Assembly (NCBI GenBank): GCA_963731265.1
Contig: CAVSUE010000001.1
Location: forward strand, 1,856,001 to 1,920,000
DNA from: an uncultured Verrucomicrobiae bacterium
GTDB lineage: Bacteria > Chlamydiota > Chlamydiia > Chlamydiales > Rhabdochlamydiaceae
Direction: 5' to 3'
DNA: 64,000 bases
Below, piece by piece: positions 30,452-40,382 of this stretch. A model generated the notes under the pieces. That model was not told where the DNA came from, made no database searches, and saw only the letters and a list, made by a program, of their open reading frames with translations. The position numbers were made by a program, and so were the translations under genes. Each line of letters opens with the position of its first letter. Within the stretch, counting starts at the first letter, position 1.

Positions 30452-31656
30452 TCCAGGCGCCTCTTGATTGGGTCAAAGAAATCCATCTCGCTCTCATCGA
30501 AGCTAAAGAAATCCCCCTTCATGGATTCGCACCGGCTTTTCCATGGGAGGAATGTTCCCGAAAAATCGCTTCCGCTTTGGAAATGCCAGAATTGAGAATT
30601 TCATTTCGACAAACAAAATTTTTAATCCACGACAAAATATTTGAAGGCCTTGGCGCTGGATTTATCGCCATCCCTTTGGAAATGGCTCCATTGAGCGGAA
30701 AAGTGTTCTGGATCATAGCAAAAGAAGATGTGGCAAAATTGACAGCCCTCCTGTTAATTCCCGGGAACGGGACCAAAGGGTTTTCCTCGCCCAAATTTCA
30801 AGAAGGATTTTATTATTTTCTTGCTACGAAAGCACTTGCTGCCATTCATGAACTCAATGCATTTGGCGATCTCTCGCCAAAGATCGCGAAACCCGCCGAA
30901 TTTCCCCCAGAAGAATCTCTCTGCATCGATGTCGAAATCCAACACCCGAAACAGACTTGCTGGGGAAGGCTCGTCTGCCCAGCATCTTTTCATCAAGAAT
31001 TTAAAGCCCACTTTTGCAATCGGGAACCGGCCCCATTGACCAGCGCATTCGCCAAACAGATCGATGTCCCGATCCGAGTCGAAGTCGGTCAAACGGCGCT
31101 CTCTTTAACGGAATGGAAAAATGTATCCGTCGGGGATTTCATTCTCTTGGACCGATGCACCTTTGATCCTCAAACGCATAAAGGGACGGCTATGCTGAGA
31201 CTCCTCAAGACGCCTATTCTGCGCGCGAGGTTGAAGGAAAACACTTTAAAAATTGTCGATTACGCTTTTTACCGCGAGGAACAAAAACCCATGAATCCCC
31301 ATATGCCTCAAGATGATGAAAAACCCGAAGAAATTTCTGAAGAAGTCGAATTCACTTCAGAAGAAAGCGGTGAGATAGGAACTGAGGAAAATCATCTTTG
31401 GTCCGCCGAAAGCGCTGAAGCGATGAGCGAAAAGATGATACCTGCCAGCGAAATTCCTCTCACGTTGACCGTGGAGGTCGCCCGCTTGCGGATCAATCTC
31501 GATAAGCTTCTGCAACTTTCTCCGGGGAATATCCTTGAGCTTCCGATCAAACCCGAACAGGGGGTGGATCTGACCGTCGATGGCAAAAAAGTCGCTAAAG
31601 CAGAGCTGATCAAATTAGGCGACATGCTCGGTGTGAAAATCCTTCAACTAGGCTAA
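30448..31656 (+). CDS. cdsQ: T3SS C-ring / sorting platform protein SctQ
   Basis: Two SpoA/FliN-like domains (IRVEVG...VGDFILLD; LTVEVARL...GKKVAKAELIKLGDMLGVKIL). Confidence 0.9.
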   Translation: MIQAPLDWVKEIHLALIEAKEIPLHGFAPAFPWEECSRKIASALEMPELRISFRQTKFLIHDKIFEGLGAGFIAIPLEMAPLSGKVFWIIAKEDVAKLTALLLIPGNGTKGFSSPKFQEGFYYFLATKALAAIHELNAFGDLSPKIAKPAEFPPEESLCIDVEIQHPKQTCWGRLVCPASFHQEFKAHFCNREPAPLTSAFAKQIDVPIRVEVGQTALSLTEWKNVSVGDFILLDRCTFDPQTHKGTAMLRLLKTPILRARLKENTLKIVDYAFYREEQKPMNPHMPQDDEKPEEISEEVEFTSEESGEIGTEENHLWSAESAEAMSEKMIPASEIPLTLTVEVARLRINLDKLLQLSPGNILELPIKPEQGVDLTVDGKKVAKAELIKLGDMLGVKILQLG

Positions 31657-31657
31657 A

Positions 31658-33262
31658 ATGACAGGCTCTTTTTATAAACAAAATACTCTTCCCGACATGA
31701 TTTCAGGGGAAGAGGAGCCTGCTGTTCCTGCGATGATCGGACCTTATAAAATCGAAAGCCTCTTTAACAAAGGAGGCATGAGCCTGCTCTATCTTGGGCT
31801 TGACCTCGAGACAAAAAAAGCCCTCATCATCAAAGTCCTTTCCCCCTCTTACGTTGCGCATTCCGAGGCCGTGAATCGATTTTTAAATGAAGCAAAGGCC
31901 ATTGCCCTGACCAATCATCCCAACATCGTTAAGCTTTACGGCCAAGGCCAATGGGAAAAAGGGCTTTACATTGCCATGGAGCTGATCCATGGCATCTCCC
32001 TCAAACAATTCATCATGCAGCATTCGCTGTCCATGCGGTTCGCCCTTGAAACCGTCCTACAGGTTGCATTTGCTCTTCTCCATCTTCATTCCCACGGCGT
32101 CATTCACCGCGATTTAAAACCTGAAAATATCCTGATCAATGAAGAAGGAGAGATCAAAGTCATCGATTTTGGCATCGCCCAGCTGCGCGAAGAAGGAAAA
32201 AAGAGCGGAGCGCCCGGGGGATTCTTGGGCACGCCCAATTACATGAGTCCCGAACAAAAAGAAGATCCTTCTTCGGTCACTTTCGCAACCGATATTTATT
32301 CGCTCGGCATTATTCTATACGAGCTTGTTTTAGGGAAACTCAGCTATGGGGTCGTCAACCTGACAGCTCTTCCCAAAGGGCTGAAAAAAATCACTGCCAA
32401 AGCTCTAGCCGTCTCGGTGAATGAAAGGTACAAAAACATCTCTGAATTCATTCATGACATCACTCAGTATTTGAATTCGGGCGAGCTGGAAAAAGAACGG
32501 CCAGGCGCAGATCAAGTTAAAGAACTTCTCGAAAGGATCCAAAAGGCCAATCTCAGCTTGTCTCCAATCGCGCTGCCGACATGGCCGCAAATCGAATTGG
32601 GCATCACGAAAGGCCGCGGCGTGCAACAATTAGGACTTTATTACGATTTTTTCCGACTTCCCAATAACACCTTTTTGGTCTTGATTGCTTCGACTCCCTC
32701 TGCCTCAGCCGAATCCGCCATCGCTATCGCATCTTTGCGAGGACTCATCCGCATGCATCTCAGCGAATTCACGCCTCCGGGAAACACCCTATTCCACCCT
32801 GTGCCTTTCGTTGAAAAACTCAACCGCTTCGTTGTCGACGACCCTCTGGGAGAAAAATACGCTTTGAATTTTGTCCTGCTCGACCCCTTGAGAGATCTCG
32901 TTTCTTATGTCTCTTGCGGGTTTAATGCTCTTCTTCATGTCCCCCAAGGTCAAAACAACGTCCGGAAACTCACTTCAGAAAACGACCTGCTCGGGGCATC
33001 GGCCACCGCCGAGTTTTCCGAAACGACCGATAATTGGAACGCAGGCGATTTGCTCATTCTCCACTCCCTCATCCTTCCTTCAGAGGCCAAGGACCAAGAA
33101 TATGAGCAATTCGAGAAAACCATGGGCGAAGCGATTTCCGAAAACCTTCTTTTGTCCGCCCAAAGGCAGTCTGAGGCTATCCTTAAAAAAGCCTCCCTAA
33201 GCTCATTCTTAATCTCCATGCCTTATCCTAAGGCCCTTATTTCCATTCAACGCATTATTTAA
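31658..33262 (+). CDS. pkn5: Ser/Thr protein kinase Pkn5-like with a C-terminal SpoIIE/PP2C-like domain
   Basis: IIKVL, HRDLKPEN, DFG, GTPNYMSPEQ and DIYSLG motifs; position after cdsQ. Confidence 0.88.
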   Translation: MTGSFYKQNTLPDMISGEEEPAVPAMIGPYKIESLFNKGGMSLLYLGLDLETKKALIIKVLSPSYVAHSEAVNRFLNEAKAIALTNHPNIVKLYGQGQWEKGLYIAMELIHGISLKQFIMQHSLSMRFALETVLQVAFALLHLHSHGVIHRDLKPENILINEEGEIKVIDFGIAQLREEGKKSGAPGGFLGTPNYMSPEQKEDPSSVTFATDIYSLGIILYELVLGKLSYGVVNLTALPKGLKKITAKALAVSVNERYKNISEFIHDITQYLNSGELEKERPGADQVKELLERIQKANLSLSPIALPTWPQIELGITKGRGVQQLGLYYDFFRLPNNTFLVLIASTPSASAESAIAIASLRGLIRMHLSEFTPPGNTLFHPVPFVEKLNRFVVDDPLGEKYALNFVLLDPLRDLVSYVSCGFNALLHVPQGQNNVRKLTSENDLLGASATAEFSETTDNWNAGDLLILHSLILPSEAKDQEYEQFEKTMGEAISENLLLSAQRQSEAILKKASLSSFLISMPYPKALISIQRII

Positions 33263-33425
33263 TCTCTGAACACAAAACTTTGATTATTAATAGGTTAATA
33301 GTTAGCCCCCTAGCTGATCCCCCTCAATTAATTATTTTGATAATTAAATTATTATAATTATTAATTATCTGCAAATTTAAAATTGGTTTTATGTTAAAAT
33401 TAAGTTATATATAAAAGAGAGTCTT

Positions 33426-35144
33426 ATGAGTTCTATTGTTAATGGTGAAAGGCCGCCCGTTACACCTACATCTAGCTCAGGAAAGGCACGCCCAGAAACA
33501 ACGCTGGCCGAGATTCTCGCCCCTAAAATTTTCAAAAAAAATCCGGCAGATACGCCCATAAAGTCTTTTGACGTGACCCAGGTAAGAAAGGAGATTGCCG
33601 AAAAGACTCATCAAGCAGTTAGCTGTGTCTTAGGTTTCGGAGCATACGAATTCACCACAGTTCAATCACATTATACAATCGGTGAAAGATTAAAAATGGA
33701 TAAAGATAAATTTATCCAAAAGATGAATGGACTCAGAGACACTGATTCAAATGCATTCCGCGTTGGACTTCGATTCATCCAATTAATCGGGAAAATTCAC
33801 CAATCCCTTAAGAAAAAATCGTCCGAGTTTAATTTCCAAGACGTGAAAGCGTTGCGTAAAAATGTCAGTTCCGCACTTGAGTTAATGAAAGAAAATGAAG
33901 GTCTATTCAAAGAATACCCGGGTTTTGCTCAACTTCTCCAGGCATTAAGCTACCAGATCAAAACACAAGTGAAAGGGATGAGTATTTTACAGATGGTAGG
34001 AAGCGAAGCTTTATCGTGGTGTAAAGATTCTGATCATCCTGTTACCGCTAAATCTCTCAGCAATCGCGTAGAAGAAGTTTTCTACCGCATGCCTGTTCAC
34101 GATTGGGATAGTTTTTTCCATATGATCAAATGGATTGTATCCCATCCCAAGCAAGCATTTTTCGGTTTTATTGACCAAAATATCCCAGGCGCCCACGTCC
34201 ATTATAATTCCTATGACCAAGGCAATATCGACATCGCCTATGGCTATATTCAAGTGGACGACAAGAAAATCCAAATGCAAATGGGCGCAGGTTTAATGAA
34301 TGATAGGCCGCTCTCAGCAGCAGCAATGGATTGGGGAATACTCAAAGGGGACGTTCAAGTCGCAGGCACATTGGAACACCATGGAGAAGGTGAACACGCC
34401 CGTTTGTCAGGTTTGCAGGAACTAGTCGATGAGAAAAATAAGAGACGCAACAGTCCCGCAGTCATTTTAAAGGGGGCGACCCATGACAAAAAATTTAACA
34501 ATTTTCAGGATATAAAAACCATTAAGGGGTTTCACGAAGAACTGATGAAGGAGGGATTGGATCGACAAAATAGGATTCCCAAACTCATCAAGGACTATAT
34601 GGGTTATGTTATTCCTAAAGGTTTGCTATCAAAAGAAGATATTTCAAATGCTATAGCATTTTCTGTGCAAGCCCTTACTGCCGCTTTAGGGAACGGAGAG
34701 TTGAAATCCGATTTTGTTGGAAAACACCACCATCAACGATTATGCTCCGCCATGATGACTTGCTTTAATGCATTCCTAGACATTCAAATGTTAATAAACC
34801 TAGGAAAGATGCTAAAAGACGACGAAATCAGCGGAGCCACTTACTCAACCGTGTGCAAACAATGCTTTGACCGCGGACCTTTGGCCAACGCCACTCTGAT
34901 CGCCTTTGTTAAACTGATCGAAAATGGCGAACTTGAAGTAGAGGATGAGAACCAAGTTGTCAGCATCTTGACGGGACGCACAATCATGGGCGGAGCCGAT
35001 AGAAAAATGATTAAAGATCGCCGTCAAGCTTTCATCGACCTCTTCAAAATCATCGGGCATACTGGCGAGGGTGAAAAAGGATTTATCCAAGCTCTGAAGG
35101 AGTTTGTCGGCGAAACCACCATAAAATTTGTACCTTCCAGTTAA
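33426..35144 (+). CDS. Hypothetical protein with a CX5R (CKQCFDR) motif, candidate phosphatase effector
   Basis: 572-aa ORF with AT-rich upstream spacer and Ser/Pro/Thr-rich N-terminus. Motif encoded at 34854-34874. Confidence 0.7.
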   Translation: MSSIVNGERPPVTPTSSSGKARPETTLAEILAPKIFKKNPADTPIKSFDVTQVRKEIAEKTHQAVSCVLGFGAYEFTTVQSHYTIGERLKMDKDKFIQKMNGLRDTDSNAFRVGLRFIQLIGKIHQSLKKKSSEFNFQDVKALRKNVSSALELMKENEGLFKEYPGFAQLLQALSYQIKTQVKGMSILQMVGSEALSWCKDSDHPVTAKSLSNRVEEVFYRMPVHDWDSFFHMIKWIVSHPKQAFFGFIDQNIPGAHVHYNSYDQGNIDIAYGYIQVDDKKIQMQMGAGLMNDRPLSAAAMDWGILKGDVQVAGTLEHHGEGEHARLSGLQELVDEKNKRRNSPAVILKGATHDKKFNNFQDIKTIKGFHEELMKEGLDRQNRIPKLIKDYMGYVIPKGLLSKEDISNAIAFSVQALTAALGNGELKSDFVGKHHHQRLCSAMMTCFNAFLDIQMLINLGKMLKDDEISGATYSTVCKQCFDRGPLANATLIAFVKLIENGELEVEDENQVVSILTGRTIMGGADRKMIKDRRQAFIDLFKIIGHTGEGEKGFIQALKEFVGETTIKFVPSS

Positions 35145-36106
35145 ACTCTCTTGGTGATCACGATCACGAGCGCCTTATTCCCGCTAAAGTAAGCGCAGTT
35201 GGCGGGAACCTCGATCGCAATTTCCTCTTCGTGAAAGTCTAAGTTTGGATTCGCGATAACCTCATTCACAAATTTATCATCTTGATACTTCGATTCGGGG
35301 CTGCTCAAAAAGCAAGAGAACCGCGAATCTTTGCGCATATGCGATGAAAGGCATTGATTTAAGAATATAAATAGCCTCTCATCGGGCTTTTCTACGGGCT
35401 TTGTGATTTTACTTGTCATCAGCAACGCATCAACTTCTTCTTTTGTTATTTTTTCTTCCTGAGCCAATTTTTCCAGGAGCATTTGCAGCTGCTGAATCGA
35501 AATTTGTCCGCGGGTGCACAATTCCTTTAAAAAACGGGCAAACTGTCTGACTTGCCCTTTGTTTTCCAAAGGAATTTCTTTGAGCAAACTGTCGAGATCT
35601 TCGTCGGAGTATTGGATCTCCGTTAAAAAAGGGATGGTTTTTTCTACTTCGGTGAGAAGCTGCTCCCCTTTTTTGAGCAAAAGCTGCGAGTGATCGCTGT
35701 CTTTTTGCATTTTTTGCATTTCTCGTTCGCTTTGCAAGGGGTAATCATCGAAGAAAATGCAATCGAAAACGCCCAATGCAGCGAGGGCGTGCTGCCACGT
35801 ATCTTCAATGATGGTCACATCAGTGTACTTACGGGCCCATTCGCGCGCACGACAGGCGATCTCAGGATGACATTCAATAATCGTGTGGCTTTTTGGGCGA
35901 AAGCTTTGGATCTGTTCGGAAGAATAGCCAAGCCCGAATCCTACTTCTAAGACATCGCCAAAAGGGCGAAGCGCATCGATGCAGGCTTGCATGTAAGGTT
36001 TTTCCCATTCCATCATCACTTGGAACTTTCCGTCTTTGAGCAAAACCTCTTTTCCAAGCTCGTCTTTTCGATATTCCATTTTGCCGTGAGAAAAATCTTG
36101 TGTCAT
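35141..36106 (-). CDS. Class I SAM-dependent methyltransferase, GAMT/RMT2-like
   Basis: VMMEWEKPYM, VLEVGFGLG, HTIIECHP and FDCIFFDDY motifs. Start placed at ATG 36106 rather than the TTG at 36208. Confidence 0.82.
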   Translation of the reverse strand: MTQDFSHGKMEYRKDELGKEVLLKDGKFQVMMEWEKPYMQACIDALRPFGDVLEVGFGLGYSSEQIQSFRPKSHTIIECHPEIACRAREWARKYTDVTIIEDTWQHALAALGVFDCIFFDDYPLQSEREMQKMQKDSDHSQLLLKKGEQLLTEVEKTIPFLTEIQYSDEDLDSLLKEIPLENKGQVRQFARFLKELCTRGQISIQQLQMLLEKLAQEEKITKEEVDALLMTSKITKPVEKPDERLFIFLNQCLSSHMRKDSRFSCFLSSPESKYQDDKFVNEVIANPNLDFHEEEIAIEVPANCAYFSGNKALVIVITKRV

Positions 36107-36419
36107 TGGGTTTACCAAAAATGATTCAAAAAGTAGGAATTTGACAAGTAGGTTGCGAGAATTTTTTGTCTGGAGCGAGTGAAGACAAAAAATTCGCTGC
36201 ATAGCCAACGCAGCTCAAAGAGTCATTTTCGGTACAACTCCGTTTTTTGGCTATACAATAATCCAAAAAGTATTTTAGGATCCTTAACAAGTCATTTTAA
36301 TTTTTACGTTGAAGCTCTGAAAAAACAATTTTTTAAAGCATGAAGAGAGGTCGCTCTCATGGAGCAACTCTTCGATAATTTTGAGCTAAAATGATAATAA
36401 GACTGAGGTCTTTTAGGCT

Positions 36420-39400
36420 ATGAAAGAATTTCCGAGGCACGTGCTCCGCCTGGCAGGTTATACAACCTTTTTTTCACTCCTCTATTCTCCTTTTGCCTAT
36501 ACTGCGGATGTCGAAGAGAGTCTGATCGCAGCTGTTAAAATTGAGAACGTCGATGTTGACAAAGACACCTACACCGTCAATTTCAACAATATCTCGATCA
36601 TCGAGTTCATCCGTTTTGCGAGCAAGATCACCAATCTGAATTTCGTTTTCGAAGAGGGCGATCTGCAATTTTCCGTGACTGTGGTCTCTGAAGAAGCCGT
36701 CTCTGCAAAAAATGTGATGGCGGCCCTCTCTCAGGTTCTGCGCATGCATGAACTGGTTCTGCTGGAACAAGATGGAAATGTTTTGATCACAAGAAGCAGA
36801 ACAGTGAATCAAATTGCACCCATCATTTCCAGCGATCTCCCCGAATCGAAAGCACATAACTCTGCGCTTGTGACAAGAGTTTTCCGCTTGAAAAACGCCA
36901 ACGTCAACACAATCGCAGGCATTATACGGCCGATGTGTTCCGACACCGCGTTGATTGAAGTCTCCGTGGAAACAAGACAACTCATTGTCACAGACATCAC
37001 GACAAACGTGGAACAGATCGATTCTCTCTTGGTCAGCCTCGACGCCCCTCATACTCCCCTTGATATGGAAGCCTATGTCGTTAAAAATATTCCTCCGCAA
37101 GATCTTATCACTCTGACCCAGCAAATCCTTACCCCCTTTACCGAAGGCAATCCTCTCATCTTTGTCCCTCAAAACGAGACCAATTCCGTCTTTGTCGTTT
37201 CAACTCCTCATTTGCTCGAACGCGCCTTGGCAGTGATGGAAGATTTGGACATGGAGCCCAAATCCGTAGTGATCAGCAGACAGGCCATGACGGGAAAAAA
37301 CACCTTCTTGTACAAGGCGATCAACAAGTCAGTCGATGATCTTCTTAAACAACTTTCCCAATTGAATCGCCAATTGAAAAGTTTAGGAGGCCCTCAAACT
37401 CCATTACAATTTGCCATAGACGGCGCACAGCCAATCGAAGATACAAACTCTTTGATGTTCATCGCGGATACCGATACAACGGCAAGATTGAAAGAAATTT
37501 TAGCTTCTTTGGATACGCCGGGTAAATCGGGTGCACGAGCTCAGGCAAAATCCACTTTTTTGATTTACAGTCCTCAATATCGTACAGGCGACGAGCTCAG
37601 CGCCGAAATCAACGAATTGAGCATAAATTTAGAAGAATCAGGGCTCGCCGACCCTTCCTTCTTGCAGACAGTCAATTCCGTCAGGTGGGTGAAAAGCACG
37701 AATTCTTTGGTGTTTACTGGCGATCCTCAATCGATTGAAAGGCTCAATGTCCTTTTAAAGTCTTTAGACACTCCTTCTCCCTCTATTTCAAAGACATCGC
37801 AAGTTTTCATTTACAAACCGCAATTCGTCTCTCCGGATCAGATCCAAAGTGCTTTAAACAGCCTCGTCCCATCCCTGCAAGAGACCGGTTCTTTTGCAGA
37901 CCAGAATCTGATCCATGCTATTCAAGGCATGCAATGGAACGGGGATACGCAGTCCTTCATGGTCACCTCCGATCCGGCGACCATCGAGCGCTTAAAAGGC
38001 CTGCTCACCTTGATGGATTCGCAGCAGCCTGCCACAAGCCAACTCAACAAAGGATTTTTTCTCTATAAACTGCAGGCGGCGCAATGCGAGACCGTGTTCG
38101 ACCAATTAAAAAATATCGCTCAGAAACTGCCTACCAGCACTTTGCAGAATCAAAACCTGATCAATGCCATCAACAAAATCGAATGCATTAAAGCGCAAAA
38201 TGCGTTGCTGATCACAGGGAGCGGGGATGCCATTGAGCAGATCAAAACGCTTATTGTAGAATTCGACACGACAAAAGGAGCTCCTATCGGAGCTCAAAGC
38301 TTTCTGATCTACAAACCTAAATTTCTGCCTGCTGAGGAGATTGAAGCGGCTTTGACAGATCTAGGGGGAGATCTAGAGGCATCAGGCTTAAACGATCCTC
38401 AGCTCTTCCAGACCATTAAAGCCATGCGTTATGTGGCTCAAACAAACTCGCTATTGTTCACCGGCACACAAGACGGCCTCGATAAAGTGCAAAATCTTCT
38501 CAATACCATCGACACCAGCACGGCATTGGGAGCGATCCAGCGCATCGGCAATCTCACATTTTTGCTCTACAAAATTCAGTATGCGACGCCGGAAAAATTG
38601 ATCTCCTCCCTCAAAGCCTTTTCCCTTGATTTAAAACAATCCAATGTCGAAGACAAACAGCTTGCCGACACGATCAATGCCGTAAAATGGATCAAAGAGA
38701 CAAATTCGCTTCTTTTCACCGGCAGCAACGACACATTAGAGAGAGTCGAGCAACTCGTCCAAAAATTCGACCTTCCTGCCCTAGGAGGGCCGGCGCCCGT
38801 CGAGCGCGCAGCTCCCACTTTTATCATCTATAACCCTAAATATGTAAGCGGCGACGAGCTGATTGCCATCCTCTGCGAGTTCGTGCAAAATTTGATGACT
38901 TCCGGTGTTTCCGATCCCGGCCTCTTCGATGCCATCAACAATCTTAAATGGATCCCAAAAACCTCTTCACTGCTTATTTCCGGCAATCACGACGCGGTTG
39001 AAAAAGTGCAGCAATTGCTTATCAAATTCGACATCCCTGGAAAAGACATCGCCACCCCGTCCATTGAATCGATCGACAACACCAGTTTTCTTGTCTACAA
39101 ATTGCAATATCATCCAGGCGACGACATTCAAACAGCGCTCAAGCAAGTGTCCGCAAGCATCGGCAGAGGAGCCTCTCCTCCCACGGCGCTTGTCGACGCC
39201 ATCAACTCCCTGCAATGGATCCAGGTAACCAACTCCCTTCTAGTATCCGGCCAGCAGGACGTCCTCGTCAAATTGAAAGACCTCATCCAAAATCTCGATG
39301 TTCCCTTGCGTCAAGTCTTCATTGAAGTTCTTGTCATCGAGACCTCATTGTTGAATACGCAAAACTTCGGGCTAATGTGGGGAGCGCAGGCGCAATATTT

Positions 39401-40280
39401 TAATAAAGCCACTTTGGGCACGGGGAATTTTCCCATTAGCAGTAATTCAAATTCCAATACGGGAGGTGTCACGACCCCTGCGGGCTCATTTTCTCCGACT
39501 TTACAATCCATCAATGCGACGACCACCCCTAAAGGGGGGATGGTGCCTTTTGTACAAGGATTCGATCTCGGCGTTATTGGCGATATCATCATGCACAAAG
39601 GAAGATCTTTCATCTCGCTTGGCGCCCTTGTCAATGCGATTCAGCTCGACACCGATTCGACAATCGTCCTCAACCCCAAGATCATCACTCAGGACAATCG
39701 GCAATCGGTCATTTTTGTCGGGATGAACGTCCCCTACACGGGGTCTATTGTCACTACACAAGGGGGCGCTGCTCAGCAAAATTCAGCAAATATCGAATAC
39801 CGCGACGTCGGGGTAAGCTTGACGATCACGCCTATTTTAGGCGATGGCGATGTTGTCACTTTGGACATCGTCAACGACATTTCAGAGGTCGTGGGGAATG
39901 CGCAGCAAGCAGTCAGTAATAGTAACGTGACAGGGATTCTCACCAATCATACACACATGGAGACGCGCGTACATGTCCCTGACAACTATTTTGTTGCATT
40001 GAGCGGCATGATCAATGACAGCAAAACACATTTTAGGACTGGCATCCCCTGCTTGGGAGGCCTTCCTGTGATTGGAGCCCTGTTCAGCGAAAATGACCGC
40101 GCGGCGTCAAAAGCGAATGTGATCATTTTCGTTCGCCCACAGATTGTCAAATCGTATGCGGAATACAAACAAATTACCGAACATCAAGAATGGCTCTATA
40201 AAGACAACGCCACGCTTCGGGTGCTGAAAGAAGAATTTGACGAAGGACTGGATCTGGTGAAAACCCCAGAGAATGAATAG
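36420..40280 (+). CDS. cdsC: T3SS outer-membrane secretin SctC with expanded N-domain repeats
   Basis: N0-like VNFNNISIIEFI; about 10 Secretin_N-like repeats; secretin core RQVFIEVLVIE...GIPCLGGLPVIGALFS...IIFVRPQI; position at the end of the cluster. Confidence 0.9.
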   Translation: MKEFPRHVLRLAGYTTFFSLLYSPFAYTADVEESLIAAVKIENVDVDKDTYTVNFNNISIIEFIRFASKITNLNFVFEEGDLQFSVTVVSEEAVSAKNVMAALSQVLRMHELVLLEQDGNVLITRSRTVNQIAPIISSDLPESKAHNSALVTRVFRLKNANVNTIAGIIRPMCSDTALIEVSVETRQLIVTDITTNVEQIDSLLVSLDAPHTPLDMEAYVVKNIPPQDLITLTQQILTPFTEGNPLIFVPQNETNSVFVVSTPHLLERALAVMEDLDMEPKSVVISRQAMTGKNTFLYKAINKSVDDLLKQLSQLNRQLKSLGGPQTPLQFAIDGAQPIEDTNSLMFIADTDTTARLKEILASLDTPGKSGARAQAKSTFLIYSPQYRTGDELSAEINELSINLEESGLADPSFLQTVNSVRWVKSTNSLVFTGDPQSIERLNVLLKSLDTPSPSISKTSQVFIYKPQFVSPDQIQSALNSLVPSLQETGSFADQNLIHAIQGMQWNGDTQSFMVTSDPATIERLKGLLTLMDSQQPATSQLNKGFFLYKLQAAQCETVFDQLKNIAQKLPTSTLQNQNLINAINKIECIKAQNALLITGSGDAIEQIKTLIVEFDTTKGAPIGAQSFLIYKPKFLPAEEIEAALTDLGGDLEASGLNDPQLFQTIKAMRYVAQTNSLLFTGTQDGLDKVQNLLNTIDTSTALGAIQRIGNLTFLLYKIQYATPEKLISSLKAFSLDLKQSNVEDKQLADTINAVKWIKETNSLLFTGSNDTLERVEQLVQKFDLPALGGPAPVERAAPTFIIYNPKYVSGDELIAILCEFVQNLMTSGVSDPGLFDAINNLKWIPKTSSLLISGNHDAVEKVQQLLIKFDIPGKDIATPSIESIDNTSFLVYKLQYHPGDDIQTALKQVSASIGRGASPPTALVDAINSLQWIQVTNSLLVSGQQDVLVKLKDLIQNLDVPLRQVFIEVLVIETSLLNTQNFGLMWGAQAQYFNKATLGTGNFPISSNSNSNTGGVTTPAGSFSPTLQSINATTTPKGGMVPFVQGFDLGVIGDIIMHKGRSFISLGALVNAIQLDTDSTIVLNPKIITQDNRQSVIFVGMNVPYTGSIVTTQGGAAQQNSANIEYRDVGVSLTITPILGDGDVVTLDIVNDISEVVGNAQQAVSNSNVTGILTNHTHMETRVHVPDNYFVALSGMINDSKTHFRTGIPCLGGLPVIGALFSENDRAASKANVIIFVRPQIVKSYAEYKQITEHQEWLYKDNATLRVLKEEFDEGLDLVKTPENE

Positions 40281-40382
40281 ACGGTGCACGTAGGATAAAT
40301 AAAATCCCATCACTCGGAGGCAGCCCCTTTACTTTTCTGTTCGTTTTTTTTGGGAAATCCTTTAAATTAGTTCCCAGCCACT

